Source of the DNA: an uncultured Acidimicrobiia bacterium
GTDB lineage: Bacteria; Acidobacteriota; Terriglobia; Versatilivoradales; Versatilivoraceae
Length of the DNA: 64,000 nt
NCBI GenBank assembly: GCA_963786955.1
Contig: CAWBAT010000007.1
Coordinates: forward strand, 169,346 to 233,345
Reading direction: 5' to 3'
The position numbers and the translations under genes are program-made. The stretch's first letter is position 1. Each line of letters starts with the position of its first letter. Below, piece after piece: positions 39,912 through 50,897 of the stretch. The notes below the pieces were generated by a model. It was not told the origin of the DNA. It made no database searches and was given only the letters and a program-made list of their open reading frames with translations.

Positions 39912-40865
39912 ATGGCGAAAATCCTATTGACGGGGGGCGCCGGTTTCATTGGTTCCCACTTGGCGGAGCGGCTCTTAACGTCGGGGCATCGGCTTCTTGT
40001 CGTCGATGATTTCAATGACTTTTACTCCCCGGAAATCAAGCGAAGGAATTTCTCATCGATCCGCGCTCTTGGAACCGTTGATCTCATCGAAGCGGATATC
40101 TGTAATAGCGACCGGATGACAAGCGCCTTTGAACAGTTTGCCCCGGAAGTCGTCGTCCATCTGGCAGCGCGAGCCGGTGTTCGCCCTTCGCTCGAACAGC
40201 CTCTACTTTATGAGCAGACAAATGTTCGAGGAACACTACTTTTGCTTGAGCTGGCTAGAAAATTCGGCGCTCAAAAGTTCGTCTTTGCGTCTTCAAGTTC
40301 TGTTTATGGATCGACGAGTCGAGTCCCATTCTCAGAAGAGGCTTCGGATCCTTATCCGATTTCCCCGTATGGGGTTACGAAATTGGCCGGCGAGAAACTC
40401 TGCTACTGCTACTCAAGAATCTACAAACTGCCCACCGTGTGCCTTCGTTTCTTTACGGTTTATGGCCCTCGTCAGCGGCCTGATCTCGCGATTTATAAGT
40501 TTGTCCGGCTCATAGAGGAAAACCGGGAGATTCCCTTTTTCGGAGATGGAAGCTCTCTACGAGATTACACATTCATCGATGATATCGTGGATGGCATCGT
40601 TAGAGCGATGGCGCTCGACTCACAGTTTGAGGTCATCAACCTGGGGAATTCTCATCCGATTTCGCTTTCCCAGTTAATTCATCTTCTCGAGCAGAAACTG
40701 GACAAAGCTGCGAGAATCAAGACCCTTCCCTTACAACCGGGTGATATGCTCTCAACCCATGCCGACCTGAACAAAGCTTTTAAACTCCTGGGCTTTGAAC
40801 CGAGAGTTTCATTTGAAGAGGGAATTGGGCGATTTATTAATTGGTTCCGAAACGACATTCATTGA
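39912..40865 (+). CDS. NAD-dependent sugar-nucleotide epimerase (UDP-glucuronate 4-epimerase-like)
   Basis: GGAGFIG, HLAARAGVR, YGVTK, FFTVYGP..RPD. Confidence 0.9.
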   Translation: MAKILLTGGAGFIGSHLAERLLTSGHRLLVVDDFNDFYSPEIKRRNFSSIRALGTVDLIEADICNSDRMTSAFEQFAPEVVVHLAARAGVRPSLEQPLLYEQTNVRGTLLLLELARKFGAQKFVFASSSSVYGSTSRVPFSEEASDPYPISPYGVTKLAGEKLCYCYSRIYKLPTVCLRFFTVYGPRQRPDLAIYKFVRLIEENREIPFFGDGSSLRDYTFIDDIVDGIVRAMALDSQFEVINLGNSHPISLSQLIHLLEQKLDKAARIKTLPLQPGDMLSTHADLNKAFKLLGFEPRVSFEEGIGRFINWFRNDIH

Positions 40866-41002
40866 AGCAACCAATCAGTGAAAACTACAGACCGACTGGT
40901 CGCTTAACATTCGTGTCGCATCTTTAAGAATATAGACCCCCCGGGAATCCTTAATTATTCGTTCCTTCCGGTACGAAGGTGTTTGTTTTATTGGAGGACT
41001 TT

Positions 41003-44000
41003 ATGAGAGTAAGAAAGACGTTCCTCGTGGCTTTCATTCTTACGTTGTTCGTAACAGTGTGTCTGGCGTTCAGTCGAGTCATTGAAGCGGCCTCTGAACC
41101 AGTATGGCAGATTGGGACCTTTAACGAGTCTTCAGGCGAATTCAAGGAGGGTCTTGGAGCAGATCCGGTTTTTGTTGTAGGAAAAAGCAACCCGGCCCAA
41201 GATTGGTTGGCCTATCAGCCGGGCACTTCCAATGGTCTGGCGGGATTTCGACCGCATCCTTTTAAGATTCAGTTTGAGTTGCCTCAGGCTCCTAGTGGCC
41301 TATATACGCTAAAATTGGAGCTGCTCGCCTATACTGCCCGGCTGCCTTGGCTGGAGATCATTCTGAATGGACATCGTTCGGTGTTCTACCAGCATCCCAA
41401 ATTGACCCTCACAGCCGGAGATAATCCTGTTGTGTTCCTGCCTCACTACTCGACTGCCAATATTACGTTCGACCTTCCGACGCAGTATCTGAAACCAGGC
41501 GCCAACGAACTGATATTCACGGCCGTTGACAGTTCGGTTGAGCGTGACGACTCGAGCGGTGCGGCCGTCGAGGGTACTTCCGGGATTTTTTATGACGCCA
41601 TTGAACTGACCCGTGACGCTAAACGTCGTTACTCTCCGTCTGAGGTAATGGCTTCCGCAAACCCAACCATCTTTTACAAGTTAAAAGAGGGACGTTTGAT
41701 GGAACAGATCGATGTGTTTGTGCGTTTGGGTGATCGTCCCAGGAAGGGACAGGTGATTCTGACAATAGGTGAGAATCGCTTGAGTCAAGCGCTTCAAACT
41801 GGCCTGGATTTCGGGGAACAGAAAATGCAATTTGAAGTCCCGGAATTCACTTCAGCCAAGAAGGGGGAAGTCTTGGTTTCGGTGAATGGACGGTCACGGC
41901 GTTTCGCTCAAGAGTTGATCCCGGGAAAGAAATGGAATCTGTTTGTGGTTCCCAACGAGCATCTAGATGTCGGGTACTCTGACTATCAGCCTAAGGTTGC
42001 AGAGATCCAGAGCCGCGCGGTGGACGAGGTCATCGATATGATCCACAAAAACCCCGATTTTCGGTTTACATTGGACGGTTCCTGGATTGTAGAGCAATTC
42101 CTGGCCGGTCGCAGTCCAGATCAGGCGCAGCATTTCTGGAAGCTCATTCAAGAGAAGAAAATCCTTTTGCCGGCTCAATACGCGAGTATTCTGACGGGAT
42201 TCCCGACTGTCGAAAACCTGATCCGATCGCTGTATTCCAGTCACCGATATTTTCTGGAGCATGGGGGTAGTTTTGATCATGCCATTATCACGGATGTTCC
42301 ATCTTACTCATGGTCCTATGCGTCAGTCCTAGCGGCTGCAGGTCTAAAGTATTTTATTGCGGCGAGCGACAACTATCGCGCGCCGATCCTGCTCCACGGT
42401 CGTTTGCACGAAAGATCTCCCTTCTGGTGGGAGGGACCGGATGGCGGAAAAATTCTGATGTGGTATTCTCGGCACTATCACCATATGGCCAGTTTCTTTG
42501 GGCTGCCCCCTCAGTTGACGGCGGGGCAAGACAGTCTGCCGAGATTCCTGCAAATTTATTCACATCCTGAATACAAGTCCGACGGAGTTCTTATTTTCGG
42601 CACCCAGGTGGAAAATACCGATCTTTTCCCTCAACAAGCAGACGTCGTTCAGCAATGGAACAAGCTTTACGCTTTTCCGAAGCTCCAATACTCAGGATTT
42701 TCGGACGCCATGGCATATATTGCTGGACAGTTCGGCGATGCAATTCCAACGGTAAAGGGAGACGGAGGCCCTCACTGGGAAGATGGTATCCTCTCGGATG
42801 CGTCCGTTACTGCCCGGGCCCGCGAAAACGAGCAGCGCGCGTTGGCTGCGGAAAAGTTTGCAACCCTCAGCTCTTTTATTAATCCGCGTGTCCGGCCCAA
42901 TCGTGAGGTTTTAGACAAGGTTTGGGAGAACACCCTCTTGTTTGACGAGCATACCTGGACGGCTGACCGCGCCACCCGAGATCCGGAGAGTCAGCAGAGT
43001 ATTCGACAGCACGAGGTCAAGCAGATACGCACTACCGAGGGGAAGCGTCTTCTGGAAGAAATCATGTTGCGCGCCATGGCAGCAATTGCGGATTTCATTC
43101 CCAATCCCAGTGGCACTCTGGTGTTATTCAATTCACTCAGTTGGGAACGAAGAAGTTTGGTAGAAGTGGATCTCGACAAAGGACGAGAGTTAGTAGATCA
43201 GGTGACAAATCAAACGGTCCCGTATGAAGTCCTGTTTACGGGAAAGGGTTTTCGAAGAGTCCGCTTTCTGGCCTCGGATGTTCCGGCTTTAGGTTATAAG
43301 TGCTACACGATGCGTCCCACAACGGAGGAACTAGTAACAACTGCGGCTAGTTCTACAACCACTATAGAGAGTCCGTATTATCGAGTCGTGCTGCACCCGG
43401 AAAGCGGGGCCGTACAAAGCATCTTTGACAAAGAAGCCGGCCGTGAACTGGTGGATAATTCCAGCCCCTACCGATTCAATCAGTACATTTATGTCACGGG
43501 GGGAGACGAACTGCCCAACCGGCTGATCCAATACAGTACGGTTACCCCAATCCCCAAGTTGGAGCCTCATCCAGCAGGAGGGGGACGTCTGGTCTCGGTT
43601 ACAAAACTTCCGTTTGGCACCGTGGCACGCCTGGAAAGCTCAGGTCTAAACACGCCGCGTATCGAGACGGAAATCGTGGTGTTTGAAGGAGAAAAGAAGA
43701 TCCAATTCACAAATCGCGTTCACAAGACAAAGGTTTACACGAAGGAAGGTGTTTACTTTGCTTTTCCATTGGCAATGCAGAGCCCGGAGTTTCGCTACGA
43801 GATTCAGAATGGCTTTGTGAATCCGGCAAGAGACTTAATGCCTGGCGCCGGACAGGAATGGTTTACGGTACAGCATTGGGTCTCCGCAACGCAGGATGGA
43901 TTAACAGCTGCATTGGTTCCTGTAGACGCCCCAGTCGTCAGCCTGGGAGATATTGTACGTGGAACCTGGCCAAAGGAATTCGGCCAAAGAAAGGGCACGA

Positions 44001-44494
44001 TTTTTTCTTATATCATGAACAATTATTGGGATACGAATTGGCCTGCCGGGCAGGGAGGCGAGATACGGTTTCGCTACGTCTTTAGTAGCGGAAAGGGCCT
44101 TAACCCGGCAGCGCTAGGCCGGTTGGGCTGGGACGCCATGTCCCCGCTTGAAGTCAATGAGATCAAGACACAAGATAAGGCCATCAATCCGGCCCGTCCG
44201 CTCGAGGCGGCCCGAAGCAGCTTTCTGACTGTAGATCAGCCCAATGTGGTGCTCGTGACCTGGAAATTTGCCGAAGACGGCCAGGGCTCGGTGCTTCGTT
44301 TCCTGGAAGTGGCGGGCCAGCCCGGTGCCGTGAACGTCAAATTACCGTTACTCAACGTGCAATCGGCCTGGCGATGTAATGCTGTGGAGGAAAACCAGGA
44401 ATCCTTGCGGGTTTCGCCACACACATTACAATTTTCGGTCACTCCCCACCAGATCGTGACGGTTCGAGTGCTAGGAACATCGGCGCTCAAGTAG
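41003..44494 (+). CDS. Secreted GH38 alpha-mannosidase-like protein with N-terminal CBM/PL4-domain-III-like module
   Basis: HLDVGY, TDVP, FDEHTW, MNNYWDTN; WQIGTF..YDAIEL N-terminal module. Confidence 0.82.
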   Translation: MRVRKTFLVAFILTLFVTVCLAFSRVIEAASEPVWQIGTFNESSGEFKEGLGADPVFVVGKSNPAQDWLAYQPGTSNGLAGFRPHPFKIQFELPQAPSGLYTLKLELLAYTARLPWLEIILNGHRSVFYQHPKLTLTAGDNPVVFLPHYSTANITFDLPTQYLKPGANELIFTAVDSSVERDDSSGAAVEGTSGIFYDAIELTRDAKRRYSPSEVMASANPTIFYKLKEGRLMEQIDVFVRLGDRPRKGQVILTIGENRLSQALQTGLDFGEQKMQFEVPEFTSAKKGEVLVSVNGRSRRFAQELIPGKKWNLFVVPNEHLDVGYSDYQPKVAEIQSRAVDEVIDMIHKNPDFRFTLDGSWIVEQFLAGRSPDQAQHFWKLIQEKKILLPAQYASILTGFPTVENLIRSLYSSHRYFLEHGGSFDHAIITDVPSYSWSYASVLAAAGLKYFIAASDNYRAPILLHGRLHERSPFWWEGPDGGKILMWYSRHYHHMASFFGLPPQLTAGQDSLPRFLQIYSHPEYKSDGVLIFGTQVENTDLFPQQADVVQQWNKLYAFPKLQYSGFSDAMAYIAGQFGDAIPTVKGDGGPHWEDGILSDASVTARARENEQRALAAEKFATLSSFINPRVRPNREVLDKVWENTLLFDEHTWTADRATRDPESQQSIRQHEVKQIRTTEGKRLLEEIMLRAMAAIADFIPNPSGTLVLFNSLSWERRSLVEVDLDKGRELVDQVTNQTVPYEVLFTGKGFRRVRFLASDVPALGYKCYTMRPTTEELVTTAASSTTTIESPYYRVVLHPESGAVQSIFDKEAGRELVDNSSPYRFNQYIYVTGGDELPNRLIQYSTVTPIPKLEPHPAGGGRLVSVTKLPFGTVARLESSGLNTPRIETEIVVFEGEKKIQFTNRVHKTKVYTKEGVYFAFPLAMQSPEFRYEIQNGFVNPARDLMPGAGQEWFTVQHWVSATQDGLTAALVPVDAPVVSLGDIVRGTWPKEFGQRKGTIFSYIMNNYWDTNWPAGQGGEIRFRYVFSSGKGLNPAALGRLGWDAMSPLEVNEIKTQDKAINPARPLEAARSSFLTVDQPNVVLVTWKFAEDGQGSVLRFLEVAGQPGAVNVKLPLLNVQSAWRCNAVEENQESLRVSPHTLQFSVTPHQIVTVRVLGTSALK

Positions 44495-44660
44495 CAAGTG
44501 AGGGGGCTGGTTTGAGGCCAGTCTTCAAGCTTGAAAGATTGCGAGATTTCCCAACAAAGTTTCAAAACGGCATCCCTGTAGCCATGGTTGTCCCGCCCTG
44601 CCAGTTCGGGTAAAATATCACGTCAAAAATTTGAATAGCAAGTCTTCCTGGAGGAACAAC

Positions 44661-45653
44661 ATGGGAGTGGATGTCGACATCAAAGCAATTCATGAACGAG
44701 TCAAACTAGAGAGCGCTTTCGTAGAACGCCTGAGACATGAGGTTCAAAAGGTCATTGTGGGGCAGGAGTACATGATTGATCGACTGCTCATTGGAATCCT
44801 CTCTCAGGGGCATTTGCTTCTGGAAGGCGTGCCGGGCCTAGCGAAGACTTTGACGGTCAAAACCCTGGCCGCGGCAATTCAGACCGGGTTCCAGCGGATT
44901 CAGTTCACTCCGGACTTGCTTCCGGCGGACTTGATTGGAACCATGATCTTTGATCAAAGGCGTGGAGAATTTACGGCTCACAAAGGACCTATCTTTTCGA
45001 ACATCATCCTGGCTGATGAAATCAACCGTGCTCCCGCCAAAGTTCAAAGTGCTTTGCTGGAAGCCATGCAGGAACGCCAGGTGAGTATTGGCAGTACCAC
45101 CTTTAAGCTCGACGATCTCTTTCTGGTCATGGCGACTGAGAATCCCATCGAGCAGGAAGGCACTTATCCGTTGCCGGAAGCGCAAGTCGATCGTTTCATG
45201 TTGAAATTAATTGTCACCTACCCCAATAGAAAAGAGGAGAAACAGATTCTCGAGCGGATGACAGACTCGGCTGAGATCACAGTGACGCCTGTCGTCTCCC
45301 CCCAGGATATCTTCAATGCCAGAGAAGTCGTGAATCTCGTCTACATGGACGAGAAGGTGAAGGATTACATCGTGGACCTGGTATTTGCCACGCGCAAGCC
45401 CGAAGAGTATCAACTGGACACCAAAGACTTGGTTCAATATGGGGCTTCTCCCCGCGCGACAATTTTTCTCGCCAAAGCTGCTAAAGCCCATGCGTTTATC
45501 TGCGGACATGGGTATGTGACGCCAGACGATGTCAAGTCCATTGGACTCGATGTCTTACGTCATCGCATCATTCTCACTTATGAAGCGGAAGCAGAGAATG
45601 TCACGACTGAGGAAGTAATCCGACGCGTATTTGACAAAGTGGTCGTGCCGTAA
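44661..45653 (+). CDS. MoxR AAA+ ATPase
   Basis: EGVPGLAKT, DEINRAPAKVQSALLEAM, EAQVDRF. Confidence 0.95.
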   Translation: MGVDVDIKAIHERVKLESAFVERLRHEVQKVIVGQEYMIDRLLIGILSQGHLLLEGVPGLAKTLTVKTLAAAIQTGFQRIQFTPDLLPADLIGTMIFDQRRGEFTAHKGPIFSNIILADEINRAPAKVQSALLEAMQERQVSIGSTTFKLDDLFLVMATENPIEQEGTYPLPEAQVDRFMLKLIVTYPNRKEEKQILERMTDSAEITVTPVVSPQDIFNAREVVNLVYMDEKVKDYIVDLVFATRKPEEYQLDTKDLVQYGASPRATIFLAKAAKAHAFICGHGYVTPDDVKSIGLDVLRHRIILTYEAEAENVTTEEVIRRVFDKVVVP

Positions 45654-45654
45654 A

Positions 45655-45885
45655 GAAAGGAACCAGAGTCAAGGTGCAAGGAGCAGGGACCGATTTTGGG
45701 AGTGACGGCATAAAAAGAGGAGCAAGGGTCAAGGAACAAGTGACAAGGGTCAAGTTGAAAGAAACTCATCTAGGAAGATAGGGTGGAGTGAGCATAGACC
45801 TTAAATGTAGACGCGGTGACATGTTCCCACAAAAATCTCCCTTGTCATGCTTTCCCCTTAGCCCTTAACCCTTTAGTCTTTAAGT
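45655..45885. repeat. Opposed 7-nt repeat tracts inside the Bat operon
   Basis: CAAGGTG CAAGGAG ... CAAGGGT CAAGGAA CAAGTGA CAAGGGT on the left; CCCTTAG CCCTTAA CCCTTTA on the right. Confidence 0.6.
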
Positions 45886-45892
45886 TTTTGTC

Positions 45893-46771
45893 ATGATATC
45901 CAAAGAAATTCTTCAAAAGGTCAAACACATTGAAATTCGGACCAGCCGGCTTGTCAATGAAGCGCTGGGCGGAGAGTACCATTCCGTCTTCAAAGGGCGC
46001 GGAATGGAGTTTGACGAAGTCCGTGAATACCAGTACGGAGATGACATTCGAAGTATCGATTGGAATGTCTCTGCCCGGCAGGGACGTTTTTACGTGAAAC
46101 GTTATGTGGAAGAACGCGAGCTGACGGTCATGCTCATGGTGGACCTTAGTGCCTCAAAGGATTTTGGAAGTGTTGCGCGGATGAAGAATGAACTCGCGGC
46201 TGAACTGGCGTCCTTGTTAGCATTTTCGGCGATCAAGAATAACGATCGTGTCGGAGCTCTGATCTTTACGGAGGTAGTGGAAAAATATATTCCGCCGAAA
46301 AAAGGTCGCAAACATGTGTTGCGAGTCGTGCGTGAAGTTCTGGCTTACGAACCAGTAGGCCACAAGACTTCGATTTCTACGGCCGTCAGATACCTCGATA
46401 ACGTCTTAAGCAAGAAGTCCGTTGTTTTCTTGATTTCTGATTTTTTTGATGAGGGATATGAGAAGTCGCTGCGCGTGGCGAATCAGCGCCACGATCTGAT
46501 TGCCTTCCCGATTAGTGATCCTCGCGAAAGCGCCTTGCCGGATGCGGGCATTCTTCGATTATTAGACCCAGAGACCGGAGAGATGATTCTCGTCGATACA
46601 ACTTTACGCGCAGTAAGAGAGAAGTACGAGAAGTTGTGGAAAGAGCAAGTTGAGATGCGGAACCGGATTTTTAGAAGAAACCGAATTGAATTTGTTGAGA
46701 TCACGACTCACAAACCCTATGACATTCCGCTGATTAAATTTTTCCGCCAGCGAGCGAAACGAATGCGATAG
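45893..46771 (+). CDS. DUF58 protein
   Basis: GMEFDEVREYQYGDDIRSIDWNV, ISDF. Confidence 0.93.
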   Translation: MISKEILQKVKHIEIRTSRLVNEALGGEYHSVFKGRGMEFDEVREYQYGDDIRSIDWNVSARQGRFYVKRYVEERELTVMLMVDLSASKDFGSVARMKNELAAELASLLAFSAIKNNDRVGALIFTEVVEKYIPPKKGRKHVLRVVREVLAYEPVGHKTSISTAVRYLDNVLSKKSVVFLISDFFDEGYEKSLRVANQRHDLIAFPISDPRESALPDAGILRLLDPETGEMILVDTTLRAVREKYEKLWKEQVEMRNRIFRRNRIEFVEITTHKPYDIPLIKFFRQRAKRMR

Positions 46772-46836
46772 TCGGGGAGCACAATGGTTGGCGGCGATTC
46801 ATCCTTTTACGTGAACTTCTTGCGATTGGTAGGCCC

Positions 46837-47865
46837 ATGGAGGAGAGCGTTCTGATCCGCCCAATGACTCCAGTAGAACGGGTTTGTTCGAGCCCCCTAA
46901 AAAGGCGGCTCTTCCGTTGTCTACCACTCATGACGATGTTGATGTCGTTGTTGGGGAGTTCCATCCCTCTGGCGCAGGAATCAACCGGACACCTGAAAGC
47001 CTCTTTAGATGCGACCGAAATCACTATTGGCGACATCGTCACTCTCTCCCTGGTTGCTCAATATCCATCCTCCGTAAAGGTGGTCTTCCCTCCTGTTGGG
47101 AAAATGCTGGGAGAATGGAGCGTCCGGAACGTGAATAATCTCCCTGCGAAGAGTTTAAGTAATGGCAATCAAGAAGTGGGATTACAGATTCAGCTAGCCA
47201 TGTACAAAACGGGAGAATTTAGCATTCCGGCAATGGAAGTAGAATTGATCCAAAAAAGTGGGAAGAGAGAAGTTCTGGGCTCAGAGGCGATCAAAATCAA
47301 AGTCGAGTCGGTACTGACCGGGCAGAAGCAAGAGCTCAAGGAGTTAAAAGCGCAGGCAGAAATCACTCCGGACTACCGCCCTTTTCTCCTTCTCTTGGCG
47401 GCACTGGCATCGGCTGCTTTTCTCATTTATTGGTTGCTTAAAGTTTTCAGGAAACGGCAGAAGGGCGTGGTGACGGAGGTTCGTGATACCCGGACTCCCG
47501 AACAGGTTGCTCGCGACGCCATCCAAGACTTATTAAGCCGGAAGCTTATTGAGCAGGGTTTATTGAAACAGTTCTATCTGGAACTATCAGAAATTGTGAA
47601 ACGATTTCTCGGTCAGAAGCTGAATATTCTTTCCCTGGAACGGACCACCGAAGAATTTACCCTTGACTTGAGAAAAACTTCTTTGCCGATACCGGATTTC
47701 GAGATGATTCGAGAATTCCTAGTCGAATGCGATCTAGTCAAGTTCGCTAAATACCATCCCGGCCCGGAAGAGATTCAAAGCGTTCTTGAGCAGGCGATTC
47801 AACTGATCGACTCGATGGAGGCTTCACCAAAAGGCGGCGGTCAGGAAATGGAGGTGACCGCATGA
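46837..47865 (+). CDS. Bat-operon membrane protein (BatD-like/DUF4381)
   Basis: Position in operon; TIGD domain, TM segment, ERTTEE, DLVKFAK; start uncertain. Confidence 0.75.
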   Translation: MEESVLIRPMTPVERVCSSPLKRRLFRCLPLMTMLMSLLGSSIPLAQESTGHLKASLDATEITIGDIVTLSLVAQYPSSVKVVFPPVGKMLGEWSVRNVNNLPAKSLSNGNQEVGLQIQLAMYKTGEFSIPAMEVELIQKSGKREVLGSEAIKIKVESVLTGQKQELKELKAQAEITPDYRPFLLLLAALASAAFLIYWLLKVFRKRQKGVVTEVRDTRTPEQVARDAIQDLLSRKLIEQGLLKQFYLELSEIVKRFLGQKLNILSLERTTEEFTLDLRKTSLPIPDFEMIREFLVECDLVKFAKYHPGPEEIQSVLEQAIQLIDSMEASPKGGGQEMEVTA

Positions 47866-48878
47866 GCGGTTTTGGATGGCCGTCCCAACTGCGTTTTGCA
47901 GACCCATGGTATCTGCTCTTGTTATTGGCTTTGCCCTTGGCTTTAGTGAAAGACCGATGGGGTGGAAAGCGGTATCGAAGCGGGATTGTGTTTCCACAAG
48001 TCTTTCTAGCGGGGAAGCTGGGCAATAGCTGGACGCTCTTGGTGCAGAAACAATTGTTCATTGTGAAGCTTCTGGGAATTGGTCTTCTGATACTCGCTTT
48101 TGCCCGTCCGCAGCTGGGTTCGGCCGAAGAGGATATTCTCACCGAAGGCGTGGATATCATGGTTGCACTCGACATCTCGGGCAGCATGGCGGCCGAAGAT
48201 TTCAGACCGAACAACCGAATTTCTGTTGCCAAAAGGGTTGTTGCCGATTTTATCCAAGGCCGGCGTTCCGATCGAATCGGGCTGGTTATTTTTGCGGCGA
48301 AGAGTTTTACGAAATGCCCTTTGACGATTGACTACGATGTATTGCTCAAGCAAGTCGATGACGTTCAGTTGGGTGCCATTGAAGATGGGACGGCGATTGG
48401 AAGCGGGTTGGCCAATGCCGTGAATCGTTTGCGGGCATCGAAAGCAAAGAGTCGTGTCATCATATTGTTGACAGACGGAGTCAATAACAGTGGGGAAATC
48501 GATCCATTAACTGCCGCTGAACTGGCTCGTAGCCTAGGGATGAAAGTCTATACCGTCGGAGTGGGACGGGAAGGCATAGCCCCATTTCCGGTGAAGGACC
48601 CTATTTTCGGAAAACAATACGTGGATGTTGAAGTCCAGATTGATGAGGCGTTACTCAAGAAAATCGCAGCTTCTACAGGCGGCCAATATTATCGAGCATT
48701 GGACAGTGATTCACTGGAGCGAATCTTCAAAACAATCGACAGCCTGGAAAAATCGAGTGTGAGCGTAAAATCCTATACCCATTACAACGAAGTTTATAAC
48801 TATTTTCTTTGGCCGGCGTTGGGATTGATCTTCTTGGAAACCTTGCTGGCTTATTCTCGTTTTAAAACGTTGCCGTAA
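47862..48878 (+). CDS. batA: BatA VWA protein
   Basis: LARPQ-like FARPQ, DISGSM MIDAS, GTAIG, LLTDG. Confidence 0.9.
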   Translation: MSGFGWPSQLRFADPWYLLLLLALPLALVKDRWGGKRYRSGIVFPQVFLAGKLGNSWTLLVQKQLFIVKLLGIGLLILAFARPQLGSAEEDILTEGVDIMVALDISGSMAAEDFRPNNRISVAKRVVADFIQGRRSDRIGLVIFAAKSFTKCPLTIDYDVLLKQVDDVQLGAIEDGTAIGSGLANAVNRLRASKAKSRVIILLTDGVNNSGEIDPLTAAELARSLGMKVYTVGVGREGIAPFPVKDPIFGKQYVDVEVQIDEALLKKIAASTGGQYYRALDSDSLERIFKTIDSLEKSSVSVKSYTHYNEVYNYFLWPALGLIFLETLLAYSRFKTLP

Positions 48879-49945
48879 TGCACTTTGCGAATCCTCAATT
48901 CCTGATTCTCTTTTGGCTGACGCCCATCCTGGCGGTGTGCTTTTGGTGGAGTTTTCGCCAGAGGCGGAAGGCCTTGTATCGGTTTGCCGAAAAGAAGCTT
49001 GCCGAACAGCTGATCCGGGGGGTAAGTCCGACAAAGAAGGGGATCAAGGCAATCTGCCTCCTCTTTTTCTTCTCACTAGTGGTCCTTTCCTTGTGTCGCC
49101 CACAGTGGGGGACTAAGCTGGAGTCCGTCAAGCGAAAGGGAATTGATCTGGTGTTCGTATTGGACACATCATTGAGCATGGAAGCTCAAGATGTCGTCCC
49201 AGGGAGGTTAGAAAAGGCAAAGCATGAGATACGAGCCTTGATTGAGATTCTGGAAGGGGATCGCGTCGGGCTTGTCGTGTTTGCCGGAACGGCAATGGTG
49301 AATTGCCCGCTCACAATCGACCAAAACGCAGTGAAGTTATTCCTTGAAATTGTGAATACTCAAGTGATTCCACGTCCAGGGACCAATATCGGCGAGGCGA
49401 TTCAAAAAGCCATCCAAGCTTTCGATCCGAAGGAGCGGCGACATAAAGTCATGGTCCTTCTCACCGATGGAGAGAGTCTGGAAGGCAATCCCATCAAAGC
49501 TGCCGAGGAAGCACGGGCTGAAGGGATTGTGATTTACGCAATCGGCATAGGGACTCCAGCCGGCGAGCCGATTCCACTGAGAGATGAGCGAGGGAACGTA
49601 ACGGGGTACAAGAAAGAGGAGGGCGGGGGCGTGGTGGTCAGCCGTTTGGATGAAGAGTCACTGCAACAGATTGCGAGCGTCTCGGGGGGACAGTACTTTC
49701 GCGCAACGCCGGGGGAAAATGAAGTGGAGAAAATCGTTCGGGCCGTTGCACAAATGGACAAGAAGGAGTTTCAGTCGAAAATCTATTTGACCTATGTCGA
49801 TCGCTTTCAGATTCCTCTGGGAATCGCGATAACCATAATTCTGTTGGAGACATTCCTTTCCGTCTTCCAGCGCTCGGGTGGACCTTGGGGAAGATTTTCC
49901 GAGCTGTTGGATCTAAACCGATTAAGAAGAGATCGAGTCTCATGA
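48878..49945 (+). CDS. batB: BatB VWA protein
   Basis: RPQWG, DTSLSM, GTNIG, LTDGE, SRLDE. Confidence 0.9.
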   Translation: MHFANPQFLILFWLTPILAVCFWWSFRQRRKALYRFAEKKLAEQLIRGVSPTKKGIKAICLLFFFSLVVLSLCRPQWGTKLESVKRKGIDLVFVLDTSLSMEAQDVVPGRLEKAKHEIRALIEILEGDRVGLVVFAGTAMVNCPLTIDQNAVKLFLEIVNTQVIPRPGTNIGEAIQKAIQAFDPKERRHKVMVLLTDGESLEGNPIKAAEEARAEGIVIYAIGIGTPAGEPIPLRDERGNVTGYKKEEGGGVVVSRLDEESLQQIASVSGGQYFRATPGENEVEKIVRAVAQMDKKEFQSKIYLTYVDRFQIPLGIAITIILLETFLSVFQRSGGPWGRFSELLDLNRLRRDRVS

Positions 49946-50078
49946 GGCATATTTTATTGGAAAACATTGATGTAGGGGCAAAGCATTTGAAAAGGTATCG
50001 AGAGGTGACCCCTTTCCTTGTTGTCGAATGATTTGCCCAATAAACCTGTAAACCCTTAGAAAGACTAAAAGCCGCATC

Positions 50079-50897
50079 ATGAAACTGAAAAAGTTTAAGA
50101 ATGTCAGACACCCGTTTCTAATCGTTGCCCGCCAGCACTCTTGCCGGTTCATAGCTTTTTGGGCTGTCTTGATGCTATGCAGCGGACAAATTTGGAGAGA
50201 CCCTCTATCTCGCAAGAATTCCGAAGGGAATGAACTCTATCAGCAAAAGAACTTTCCGAAGGCCTTGGATAAGTATGTTGAAGCCCAAGATGGAAAGCAC
50301 TACCAATCGGAATTGTCTTACAACCTCGCCAACACTTTATACCAACAGAAGAAATACGCTGAAGCCATACAAGAATACGAGAAGGCAGCTTCCGTTGGAG
50401 AATCACGACTCAAAGAAAACATCTACTACAACAAAGGAAACGCATTTTTCCAGACCAGAAAATATAAGGAGGCCGTCGTATCGTATACGAAGGCTCTCGA
50501 ACTAAATCCCAAAGACCTGGACGCCAAGCATAATTTGGAATTGGCCCTTCGGAAAATGCAAGAGAACCCGCAATCGAAAGAAAGTCAGAATAAGCAGAAT
50601 CAGTCGTCGCAAAAGGAAAAGCCCAGCTCCGGGCAAGATCGTCAAAGCGAATCCCAAGAAGGAAAAAACAAGCCAGAGCAGCAACGGCAGGATGAACATC
50701 AACAAAAAGACAGCAAGGACCCATCGCAGAATAAACAGCCAGAAGGGCAAGCGCAATCGAAGCCTGACCGGGAACCTCGCATGGACCCTAAGCAAGCCCT
50801 GCAAATCCTGGATGCGCTCAATCAACAGGAGAAGCAAGAACAAAGAAAACAGGCCCTTAAGGTCCAGCGGGCAGGCACAAAAGGCAAGGATTGGTAG
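50079..50897 (+). CDS. BatC-like TPR protein
   Basis: YNLAN, YNKGN, HNLELA; Q/K-rich linker; ends KDW. Confidence 0.85.
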   Translation: MKLKKFKNVRHPFLIVARQHSCRFIAFWAVLMLCSGQIWRDPLSRKNSEGNELYQQKNFPKALDKYVEAQDGKHYQSELSYNLANTLYQQKKYAEAIQEYEKAASVGESRLKENIYYNKGNAFFQTRKYKEAVVSYTKALELNPKDLDAKHNLELALRKMQENPQSKESQNKQNQSSQKEKPSSGQDRQSESQEGKNKPEQQRQDEHQQKDSKDPSQNKQPEGQAQSKPDREPRMDPKQALQILDALNQQEKQEQRKQALKVQRAGTKGKDW

